A stretch of 64,000 bases of DNA, from NCBI GenBank assembly GCA_964016885.1, contig OZ024740.1:331762001-331826000 (forward strand), written 5' to 3'. Source of the DNA: Eledone cirrhosa. Lineage: Eukaryota. The notes under the pieces are model-generated. The model had not been told where the DNA came from, did not search any database, and was given only the letters and a program-made list of their open reading frames with translations. Shown here piece by piece: positions 39,106 through 50,300 of the stretch. A program made the translations under genes and the position numbers. The first letter of the stretch is position 1, and each line of letters opens with the position of its first letter.

Positions 39106-41451
39106 ACGAGGTTACCCTTTAATAAAAGAGTTTGCATACCAAAACAAATAGATGACGAGACAGAGGCACAGTTCACCATAGCTAGAAATAAGATTAGACA
39201 AATAGTAGACAGGTATACTAAGAGACAGAGCAGACCAGAGGCCCAACAACTTGGGAGGAAACCTGTAGAAGGCTTGGTTAGCCTCAAGCAGCGCACAAGG
39301 GATGGTGAGGTAGTATGTCTACCCACGGATAAGTCTGGTAGGATGTCAATAGATAGCATGCCGAACTACATCGAGGCTATGCAACCCCACATCACCAACA
39401 CGAGCGAAATTGCCCAACAAACACACGATGGGAGAGAGAAAATCCTCAACGCTCACATGATGATGTGGACTGACATCCTAAAGCCAAGCAGACGCACTGC
39501 CAACAACTTCCAGGCGTCTAACAATGGCATACCACCCTTGTATGGGCTCCGCAAAGACCACAAGACAGTCGACGACCCGACAACAGGACCACCAACAAGA
39601 CCCTTATGCGGAGCTAATATAGCTAGCAACTATAGGATCTCCTACTTCCTCTCAATGGTTATACGCCCCATAATCAAGATGTCCCCAGATGTATGTGACA
39701 GTACAGAGGACCTCCTCAGCAGAATCAATGAGTGCAACAAAAACATGAGCCTATCCAACTGCATAATAGGCAGCATGGATGTGGTGTCACTGTGCCCATC
39801 CATTAACATTGATTTTGCTGTGAAAAGATGTGTGGAGATGATCATTGAGAGTGAGGTGGAGTTCTGCGACGTCGACACAGACGAACTGGGCCTCCTACTT
39901 AGACTTACCTACGACACTGACTACCTAGACAGCCATGACCTTAGATGTTTCTGCCCTAGTAGACCTATAAGAGGTAGACCCCCCCCCACCACCACCATAA
40001 CCTCAAGGGCAATAAAAAGACTCCCATGGGAAGGTGGATTGGGTGGACCAAAGCTATACGGACCCCCCAAAACAATGATCATGTAAGAAAAATGGTCGCA
40101 CATGCAATAGGGGCTAGTATCAAAACTACCCTAAAGGGCCACATATTTAAGTTCAACGAGAAGATCTACACCCAAAACGAGGGAGCAGCCATCGGCGTCA
40201 GCATAGCTGGTGATGTTGCCAACCTTTTCATGGTGTGGTGGGAAAGGAGATTTAAAGATCTCCTTAATGAGAGCTCCATAGACCTCATCATGTACTCTCG
40301 TTATGTAGACGAAATCAATATAGTTATAAGAACACCCCCACTTGAGAGCACTAACAAGTTTGATTTAGAACGTAGCACGATGGAAAGCATCCAGCAGATA
40401 GCTAATTCCATACACCAGAGTATAACTGTAACTATCGACTTCCCTTCCAAACACCCTAACAATAGACTACCTGTATTAGACACAGAACTCTGGATTAACA
40501 CTATAGACGAGAGAGCCCAAATTCTCCACTCACACTATGCTAAACCCATGGCCTCCAAATACCTGATACTCAAAAACTCAGCAATGTCCAGTAGTGCTAA
40601 GTTTAATATTCTGATCGCAGATTTGGTACGAGTGATGAAGAATGTGTCCCGCATGTGCGACCCAACAGAAATGGAAAGACACATCCAACACTTCATCAAC
40701 CGCATGCAGTTCTCTGGCTACAACCAAAGAGACAGAGTCAGAGTATACGAAGGAGCCATGGAAAAGTATAAGACCCTCATAGAACTGGACATGAAAGGAA
40801 TTTGCCCATTATACAGGAGCAAATCATGGAATAGCTTAGATAGGCTAGACATAAGATAGGGAAAGCCACATCATGGTACGACAACCAGAGATACCAGAGT
40901 GTCATGTTTGTGGACGCCACCCCTGGAGGGAAATTAGCTAACCAGTGTAGAAAGGCCCTGAGAAAGACCCACTTAAAAATAAAGGTGGTAGAAAAGCCAG
41001 GAACCACCATAAAATGAATGATCAGTAAAACCTACCCTTTTAAGAAAACCCACTGTACTAATAGGAAATGTATCATATGTAAGGTGAACCCCCGGATAAA
41101 CTGTAAAACTAGAAACGTAGTCTATAGCATACAGAGGGTACTTGCAGAAACATGACAACAACATACATAGGTGAGACAGCTCGTAGCATAGGTGAAAGGA
41201 TAGACCAACACTGGGGGGAACTAAAAGGACGAAAAAACGGGTCAGTACTATACGAACATGCTAGACAACAACATGACGGTAACATAGACAACATAGAAAT
41301 TAGAATAATATCTAAACATAGAAATGACCCAGCAGATAGGCAAATCAGAGAGGCCAGTGAAATAGAAAATAGAAGACCAAAGCTAAACAGAAAGAATGAA
41401 TGGATTAACAACAACACCCAAACAAACAACACTGACCTAAGAGAAGTATAA
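39106..41451 (+). pseudogene. PLE polyprotein (reverse transcriptase, Zn-finger linker, GIY-YIG endonuclease), disrupted
   Basis: PTDKSGR, LYGLRKDHK, RPLCGA, GSMDVVSLCPSI, YTQNEGAAIG, SRYVDEI, LPVLDTELW, HYAKPMAS; linker CTNRKCIIC...C; NVVYSI...YIGETARSIGERIDQH...EA..I...PKLNRKNEW. Frameshifts near 40030 and 41130; in-frame stops at 40857 and about 41015. Confidence 0.93.
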
Positions 41452-41675
41452 ATAAGTAAATTAAATAAAATAAATAAATAAATAAATACATACACAAGCA
41501 CAATAACAACAAGCACATAAACACACACTAGTCAACAAAACACTATACACACACGCAAACGCATGCGCAAAGAAGACAAAATAAAATAAACAAACAAGCA
41601 AATAAATAAATAAATATATAGACAGACTGAATAAAAATGGCGTAGACATACAGTACAACAGGAGGAAGATATAAC

Positions 41676-41717
41676 ACCACTGACGATTTTGCAGATGTGC
41701 AACGAAAGCTTTATGAT
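41676..41717 (+). ncRNA. candidate minimal type I hammerhead ribozyme in the PLE pLTR
   Basis: ACCA-CTGACGA-TT-TTGCA(GATG)TGCAA-C-GAAA-GCT-TTA-TGAT. The stem III region AAAGCTTT is palindromic; stem I has one mismatch. Confidence 0.6.
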
Positions 41718-41918
41718 AAACTATATATATGTGTTTGTGTCTATATTCTATCTGTATTATTTTTGACCGTCGGTCAGTCAATGGCAACATTGAGGACCGA
41801 GTAAGTTAGATTACCGATATAAAAGACACAGAAGCGAGAAGCGAAAACCAACCAAACAGTGAGTGTGTTATGTTATTAATTCTGGCAATATTGCACAAAT
41901 ATGACCCTCCCCAAGTAT

Positions 41919-41986
<68 letters not shown>

Positions 41987-42107
41987 AGAGAGATAGAAAG
42001 ATAGAAAGAGAAAGAGAGAGAGAGAGGAAGGTAATAACCGTAGAGGTAGAGCACTCAGTCCAGGGGACGAGTTTGGTAGAAATAGAGGCACAACAGTTAG
42101 TTCACCA

Positions 42108-42150
42108 TACCGAGAACGATTGTTTCACCTTAGCGGATCTTCAGCTCGTA
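42108..42150 (-). ncRNA. candidate minimal hammerhead ribozyme (inverted pLTR copy)
   Basis: Minus strand: TACGAG-CTGAAGA-TCCGCTAAGGT-GAAA-C-AATC-GTT-CTCGGTA. Stem I CGAG/CTCG; cleavage triplet GUU. Confidence 0.7.
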
Positions 42151-42181
42151 CTGGTCATGCTTATACGGAACAGGTCGACTG

Positions 42182-42475
42182 GTGGTTCAGGAAACGTTCC
42201 TGAACCATCAGTCGACCTTTAGTTACCCGGACAAACAATCATCCACGAAACTCGCGAGCCACGTATGGTCCCTCAATGACTCAGGTATAGACTACTCCAT
42301 CAATGGAAAGCCATCACTAAGTCCAATCCTTACGCATGGACTGTGTATTGAAGAAAGAATAAATATTCTAAGGAGATTACGCAATATCGATTGCATGAAA
42401 TCAAGAAATGAAATCGTCTCACGTTGACTACATGTATGGAAACACCTCTTACATAACTACAAAGCTCCGGGTTGA
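42182..42475 (+). pseudogene. C-terminal half of a Naiad-type PLE GIY-YIG endonuclease
   Basis: F.NHQSTF......STKLASHVWSL...GIDYSI(W)..., LCIEERINI, MKSRNEIVSR*LHVWKHLL, matching the NH..SF...T.LS.H.W.LK / C.LC..EK..I / LN.R.E....CRH..K..L pattern. Confidence 0.8.
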
Positions 42476-42645
42476 ATAACAACAACATTCTAATTTTCCG
42501 ATCAACTGGAACACCTTTTCCGGACTTTCGCAGTTATCTCCCTTACACGTTTCGCCCGTGGCTTTGTATCGCTTGGGTGAAGTGACCGTTTCTGCGCATG
42601 CGCGTCCATGCGGTTGTTCTTGCTGTTCCGTAAAACCATGACCAG

Positions 42646-42688
42646 TACCAGCTGAAGATCCGCTAAGGGGAAACGATTATTCTCGGTA
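42646..42688 (+). ncRNA. candidate minimal hammerhead ribozyme (3' pLTR copy, partly mutated)
   Basis: TACCAG-CTGAAGA-TCCGCTAAGGG-GAAA-C-GATT-ATT-CTCGGTA. Confidence 0.6.
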
Positions 42689-42713
42689 TGGTGAACTAAC
42701 TGTTGTGGTTCTA

Positions 42714-42790
<77 letters not shown>

Positions 42791-43266
42791 TAAAATAACA
42801 GATTAAAGTTTAAGCAAACAATTGCTGCTTTCACGTGAAAGTACGTATACCTTCTCGTACGTATATTTGATTGCTATGGCGTATACTTTTTTATATATTC
42901 TGGTACATAGGGTTTGGATATGTGTATACGGGAGTTTTGCGTCTGTGTGAGTATGCAGGTTCGTACGGATGGTGGGTGGGTGTATATGTGTACTTCTTGT
43001 TTTAGTTGACCTACGTCTCCGAACATTCGTGTATTTATATGTAGGTATGTGTGTGCACTTGTTATATACGTATTTATTTATTTATATACGTTTATATAAT
43101 TATTTATTTATTTGTATACACGCATACACACACACACATATTTATATTGCGTGGTTTTGTATTCCTATGGTAAGGTTTTGCGTATGCTTGTGTATGTACG
43201 TATTTGTTTGCGTGGATGTATTTATTAATTTCTATTACTTCTGTGTTGTATTTATTTACTTTGTTC

Positions 43267-43292
43267 TATATATATATATATATATATACATC

Positions 43293-43384
<92 letters not shown>

Positions 43385-43437
43385 CACACATACACACATA
43401 CATACATACATACATATACAAATATATATACATATAT

Positions 43438-43494
<57 letters not shown>

Positions 43495-43557
43495 CACACA
43501 TACATATATACACACACACATATACACATATATACACACACACACACATACACATGC

Positions 43558-43636
<79 letters not shown>

Positions 43637-43771
43637 TACACATACATACACAGACATATACATAAATATACACATATATACAAACATATATACGCATATA
43701 TACACACATATATACATATATATACACCTGCACACACACACATATATATATACACACACACATACACACAT

Positions 43772-43818
<47 letters not shown>

Positions 43819-43859
43819 CATACATATACATATATACATACATACACATACACATATAT

Positions 43860-43920
<61 letters not shown>

Positions 43921-43988
43921 TATATACACATATATATACATATATACATACACATACATACATAAATATACACACATAAAACACATAT

Positions 43989-44021
<33 letters not shown>

Positions 44022-44082
44022 TGAGTGTGTGTGTGTATGCGCTCGGGAGTGTATGTTTGTGCGTGTGTGTGTGTGTGTGTGC
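43267..44082. repeat. large compound (TA)n/(CA)n/(TACA)n microsatellite field
   Basis: Direct reading; source of the long YI/HT/VC ORFs. Confidence 0.95.
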
Positions 44083-44637
44083 ATTGTTCTAATAATGTGT
44101 GTTTACTTACAGATATCACCGAATCTATCGGGTTTTCAATCAACACCCAATCAACACATGCATATGTATGTTTCTATGTATGTTCGCATGTATGAATGTG
44201 TGTATATGTATATATGTACACATGTATGCATATATGTATGTATGTGTGTGTGTGTGTGTGCGTGCGTGTGTGCGTGTGTATATGTGTGGGGGAGTTTGTA
44301 TGATTATCTGTACATGAAAAATGTGTTTTTTTCTTTGTGCAATAGTATATTTTCTAGTACAATTCTCACCAACTTCCTGGTATTATTTTATTACAGCAAT
44401 TTGATTATATACAGAGTCACGTTCTTCTCATCATATTTAATGTAGCGAAGAGAAATATCTAATTAATTAATAATATGTATGCACCAAGGAGTTTAGAACA
44501 TTAGTTGAATGACTAATTTTATGTTATGACATATTTTTGTATGTCCTACTTGTTAATTCAGATTGTAAGAATATTATTAATTGAGCCAATGTTTTCCTGT
44601 TGCCTCTGCATAAGTGTTATTAATTAATTGGATTGTT

Positions 44638-44732
44638 GTTGACTTTGCCTTTCATCCTTACGGGGTCGATAAAATAAAGTACCAGTAATGCACTGGGTAA
44701 TTGCTGGCCTTGTGCCTAAAGTAGAAACAATT
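44638..44732 (+). mobile_element. 3' half of a family A SINE with an apparent target-site duplication
   Basis: GTTGACTTTGCC...AGAAACAA is flanked on both sides by ATTAATTAATTGGATTGTT. Confidence 0.85.
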
Positions 44733-46259
44733 AATTAATTGGATTGTTTTCACTTTATTAAGTATGGTGGCGCTACGTTGACTTTCATGTTTTGTGCGCA
44801 TCTCTTACCTGGGTAATTTCCCTTAGATCTTGGTTACATATTTGCTTTGCATTTTCTTTCCGATAACGTACCTGCTGTAAATGTAAACCACTATCTGATT
44901 GCATGTTTGATGTATACTTGTAATAGACAGGTTCTGTTAACTATTCTATTAATTTTCAGTTATTGTCTCTGATTTCGGTTGTCTATAGCATTGTTGTGTT
45001 CAACAGCGTCTATTTCCGCTATATTATTATGCTAAAAATGATGCCCTTAACATTAAGTTTTCGCATACATCACTATTCATCTTCCATGCTAACGATATTT
45101 TTCGACTATTTACTTTGTGGTTTATATTGTTTTCCAATACATATACTTTCTCTGTGTACACATATATTTCTTTCTATTGATTTAGCAAATACATGTTCAC
45201 CATTGGTTCCCTGGGGCGCTCAAGGTGAACTAAAGCGTTTCCGAAAACTTTACAACGGTTGAATACAAAATCAGTAACATATATATTGAAGCTGGATACA
45301 AAAAAGTGTCGATTGATATTTTAAGCCAGTATTCTTCTCTCATTTATAATTATATACGTTTATAAAGGGAAAATCTAACCAGTGAAATCAGTCAACATGA
45401 AGATAACATGAAGAGAATGTAATTTTCTTCACTCAGATTTATTGGATATAGATCAGTATAAAAAGTATACACAGCTACACATTTATCAATTTAATGTGAA
45501 CAAAAATAATTTTATAGGTAGCTCTGAATTCGAATGCGCTTATGGCCACGAAATAAGTAATAAACCAGAAACAAGGCTTTCACTCAACAGCTATTTGTTA
45601 GTTTTTCTCATCTTATATTGTTATGGTATTTTGTGATTTTGCTGTCAATCACATATAATTGCACTGAAATACTACATAACCTGTAATGACATACTGGCAA
45701 GTGTAAGTTAGAAAACCTTATAACATATATAATATTAAAGACATAAACTGTTTATCAACCAATATCTAAAATGTTTATACGGATTGTTTCACACATGAGA
45801 AATACGTCTTAATATAATCTTCAACTATAATTGGATGACTCCAAAATCTTAGTATATTGATGTAGAATTTACATCCAGTTGCTTTGATAAATTATTCATT
45901 AATGAGATAAAATTGTACACATAGCAATTTCTTACGCGTTAAGAAAAACTTATATCATCCTCTAATGATACCCTTCAGCTTTAATCGCCAATAAACTATG
46001 GTTCTTATCACTTCTACATGTCGTTCCCTCACACATTTTGTTTTACCGTATCTCCTATAGAATGTATTAGCTAGCGGAATATTCCTACTATTCTGGACAA
46101 CAATATTGGACAATCCCTTTTCCTAGAATCAGGTCTAAAATGAATCACCTTCCGTATTTTACAATAATTATTTCATCAAATACGACCCTTACATATGATC
46201 AATCCTCTGGTGTTCCTCACCGATCTCCTGAAACCGATATGTTTCTGACTGAACCACAT

Positions 46260-46795
46260 AGAACTGTTATGCAAGATCGTTCCTTGGTGAAATCACTGCA
46301 GCATTAGAAGTATTTAAGACTGAGTCATATATTCTGATGGGAGACGGCAATGCACATGTTGGCACTGACTACTTGACATGGTGAGGAATGATTGGTTGAA
46401 CCTCTGTTCTAGTAATGGGCACTCTATCATGAATACCTTCTTACAGCACAAAGTTATCCATCAAAACACATAGTATAAGGGGAATCAGGAACAGGGATCA
46501 ATAACTAATTTTGTTGTTATCTCTGATCTCTTCGATTCTTGTTATGTTGGATGTTCGTGTTAAAAGAGGGGCTGAACTGTCAACTGATCACCAGTTATCT
46601 GCAATATGAGGCTATATAAAGCCAAAAAAGCTTTAGGTAGTTTCAAGCTCAGTATACAGGATAAAGTAGGAAGCGCTAGCGGTTAAGGAAGTTCGAACCA
46701 GTTATGCGGATAATATTGCATCTAAATTCAGAGAACGCCCTGAGCAAAGTGAGGATATTGAAATGGAGTGGAGAATGGTTTGCGCAGCAAATCCT
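46260..46795 (+). pseudogene. decayed LINE apurinic-type endonuclease fragment (RTE-like)
   Basis: ILMGDGNAHVGTD, LSIMNTFLQHKVIHQNT*Y, LDVRVKRGAELSTDHQL. Confidence 0.8.
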
Positions 46796-46922
46796 GATTC
46801 AGCTGTTATTCCTATCTTGGACTATTTTTCATTATCAAAAACGAGCGTTATCATACGTACATATGTTAACATATCTACGTGTGTGTGTGTATATATATAT
46901 ATATAAGAATAAAATTAAGAAA

Positions 46923-47054
46923 GATGCTGGGCCGAACACACTCCACTCCATTTTAACGTCCTCAATTTGCTCAGGATGCTCTCTCAGTATGGATGCAATA
47001 GTATCCGTATTCCTGGTTCTAATTTCCTTATCCGCCAGCGCTTCCCACCTTATC
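46923..47054 (-). repeat. diverged inverted copy of 46660-46793
   Basis: CTCCACTCCATTTTAACGTCCTCAATTTGCTCAGG is the reverse complement of CCTGAGCAAAGTGAGGATATTGAAATGGAGTGGAG, and the colinearity continues along the arm. Confidence 0.75.
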
Positions 47055-48399
47055 GAAAGAGAGAGAATCGTGCTTTATTTGAAAGCTACGAGAATATCAA
47101 TTGCACCGTAAAGGTTTAAAATATGATGACAACAAATGATGTTGGGAGGATTTTAATAGGTATTGTATTTTGCAATGAAATATCTTCATGTAAATATTAA
47201 TAGAAGGAGCGAGTTAGAAGCTGTATGTTTTTTTATCACTCTTAAGCTGTCCATTTACATTCGGATTTAAAAAAGAAAACGAATTTCGACACGATACACA
47301 ATGTTTTTCAGCAAACTACAACATCCTCTTGCATATATATGGAAGTCACACATAGATGCATAAATTATAAACACAAAATACAATACAAATAACCTTGCAA
47401 ATTTCATTAGAATTCTAAACTACAGTTAGCTGAGTATATTTAATGTAAACTAGTTACTAATTATTCGATGAAACATTTTGTATCATTCATATATTAAGAT
47501 CAATTATTTCGTTCGAACGCGAAAATGTTTGACATAAGAACATAAACGGAAGAGAATATATATTACACTGGCTATACTCTGGCTTTTTCTGGCAACACGG
47601 ACAAATACAACCTCAATTTTCTTATTAAAATAACATTTCGTTTAAATATTAATCTTCAAATACAAATATAATTTCAAAATCTGAAAATAAACGTTAAGTG
47701 GTGATTTAAAATGTAAAGTTGTCTTATACGTCTATTCTTCTTTTATTTTATTATTATTGTGTATCGTTTATAGCTAAATCACTTCAGACGGCGCCACGAT
47801 TATGCAGACACTAGCAACAAATAACAAGTGATATTTCAGTATCTACATCTTTCCAATACACGCCAATATGTTACCATTAAAATGTCATCAATCATCTTAT
47901 TCACTGATTCGATAAGAGATAATTCCCCCCTTTTTTTATTAACCATTTTGAAACTAGAATGAATTACAATCCGGATTCAAAAACATATAGCTATAATATA
48001 TATTATTTTCCTTTTTGCTACTGGTATTCACCAACCGGCTGCAACAACATGACATATGTGTCTGCCTTCAATGCTTAATTTTTCGTAAACGGTGGGATTT
48101 TGTGATGCTAACGTTATTCATTCATCTTTGTCCCCTGTTGCTATATCAATCACTCATTTCCTGTGTTAATATGTCCAACTAATATTTCAGACTGTTGAAT
48201 TCCATCACATTTAATACATTATGCTTTGAAATACGAGGTCCGATTCCTCAAAATCCAAGCTGCAACACTAGCGTACTTTTATTCATCGGGTATTAACACT
48301 TCTTCAAACTACGCAATACTCCCAGTTTCGAATTTGTATAAACATTAATGATAACGATATCTCTAGGATTTTCTAAATTAGATTATTTTTAACGGCACT

Positions 48400-49300
48400 A
48401 GCTCGACGGACAGTTTTGATAAACTACTATAAAAGTACCACGTATTTGTTACGGAATTTGGTTTGAGAAAACAACCCTGGTTTGCCGCTGCCATCCTATG
48501 AATATTTATTTTCTAAAACACATCGTGTCAGCTAAACACAAATTCGGCAGACGTTCCTCGAGAATCGTAACGGAAATTACTGGAATTGCCACCTTAAATC
48601 ACGTTCACAAACGCAATAAAATTTGCCAGAAAGGGAAGTAACATTATCCTACATATGGAGTGATTTCCACTTGTGGGAAATAAAGTTGGAAAACACATTT
48701 CAGAGGTTTCCTCAAATGTTGTGCCGTGATCTATTGTTACTAGCTGGCCATATATTTGACATGAAAGTATGTGGAATTGTTTTATATGTAGTATTATTTT
48801 GAAATAAAAGAGCATTAAATTCAGTAGCCAGAGTAGTGGCGTTACACCATTGTGATCATAGATAGCATTTCTTTCCTGGTGTATCCAGGGCCTCACACGA
48901 GGTGATATAAATACCACTTGATTTCTAGTGTCATGTTCTCTGACGTAGGAGATGTTACTCCTTTTATGCAATTGTAAGATGCCTGAAACTGAAGAAACAA
49001 TGTATTTTAAGTGTAACATTATGCTTGGATCACCCTGTCGTATTTTCTATCGCCAATTGTCCCAATCATTTACAATGCAATGTTATTTATTCCAACGTTA
49101 ATAGTAGTTCCGATAAATTCATCTCTAATGTGTTTCACATTAAATGTGCAAAATGTGAAAGGTGTACAAATGTAATTTGTAAATGTTACCACTATATCTG
49201 GCTTTCTATCGATATAACAAAACAATTTGTACTCATCAGTAAAGTGACCTGTTTACGATGTTATCGCCCAGTAGCTATCTACTTAAGTGATTAAACATCA
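48400..49300 (-). pseudogene. possible very old Helitron Rep/helicase remnant
   Basis: Faint minus-strand motifs in Helitron order (FAH.NV, DE..., KGVTS, R.QF). Heavily deleted. Confidence 0.3.
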
Positions 49301-49404
49301 AAGTGTCTTTCCACGGAGTTATGATGTGTAGTATGAGAGACATATGTCAAATGAACTTTAATGAAAATTGAAGTCGAGAAAAAACGTTTATTCATCCCAC
49401 AATA

Positions 49405-50300
49405 TCTATATATATATAAAACTGAGGATGTCTGTCTGTGCGTGTGTGAGTTTGGATCCCTAAAACTCGAGAACCACCCAACCGACTGTTTTCAAACTTT
49501 ACACATGTAATACTTATATTTCATGGAGTGTTCTGAGCACAAACATTTTCAAATGTTCAATGCCCTAGGGACCGCATTAGGCGAATTAGCAATCTCTCTC
49601 TATCATTGTTAGTCTTTCTCTTTTTTGATAGATACATACATATAACGTCGCGCCCTTATAATATCTGTCTGTATGTCTGACTGTCTGCATAAATCACTTC
49701 CCTGAGGATGTCTGTGTGTTGTGTGTCTGTGAGTTTGAACTCCTAAATCTCGAGAAGTACCCACCGAATTTGTTCAAACTTTACATGTGTATTACTTATG
49801 TTTCAGGGAGTGTTATGCACATAAAGAAATTCAACTTTTTGATCCCCTAGGGCCCGCATTAGTTGAAAAACTGGATTTTTTCAGGTTTTTAGGGGGGGGG
49901 GGGGGTTAGTTGTTACGTCTGACTGATTTCCTTGAAATTGTAACTATGTATTAGTCAGTCTCTTCTTCATACTGTGAGCAAAGAAAATCCAACTTGTTTA
50001 TGGCCTAGGGCCCGCATTAGGTGAAAAACTTCATTTTTTTAGCTTTTTAGGGCTTTTTTGAGGCGTTACGTCTAGCCGATTTTTCCCGAAATTTCAAAGC
50101 ATATTATGCACATTAAAAAAATTCATTTTCTTGATCCCCTAGGGCCCGCATTAGGTGAAAACCTGCATTTTTCCTGCTTCATCGAGGAAAATCTTAAAGA
50201 TTATCCAGCCATCAGTTTATTTTCGGTTTATTTTCGGTTTATTCGGTTTATTTTCTTTACATATTGTCCACGCATGCAGTTTTTCCACGATTAGGTCTGT
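49405..50300 (+). mobile_element. Helitron-like non-autonomous element with internal repeats; 3' end not identified
   Basis: A|TCTATATATATATAAAACTGAGGATGTCTGTCTG matches the 32901 start. The ~190-bp 5' block is repeated at about 49702, and CCTAGGG(A/C)CCGCATTAG occurs four times. Confidence 0.65.

Larger units (their letters stand above)
38979..41926 (+). mobile_element. Penelope-like retroelement (Neptune-type), 5'-truncated, with an inverted terminal pLTR segment, inserted in (TA)n
   Basis: RT plus Cys-rich linker plus GIY-YIG. Perfect 39-bp inverted repeats at 39034-39072 and 41888-41926. TA tracts on both sides. Confidence 0.93.
42027..42715 (+). mobile_element. heavily 5'-truncated Naiad-type PLE with an inverted pLTR and tail
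   Basis: Inverted arms at 42089-42173 and 42623-42707. Internal GIY-YIG C-terminal half. Extra tail at 42027-42088. TA/GA tracts flank it. Confidence 0.85.

Noticed and set aside
43261-44091. TTGTTCTA on both sides of the large microsatellite field as a target-site duplication
   Set aside because: An 8-bp AT-rich match is plausible by chance, and no element lies between the two.
42969-44445. Long ORFs (up to 336 aa) of YI/HT/VC repeats
   Set aside because: Read-through of dinucleotide microsatellites, which lack stop codons; no coding signature.
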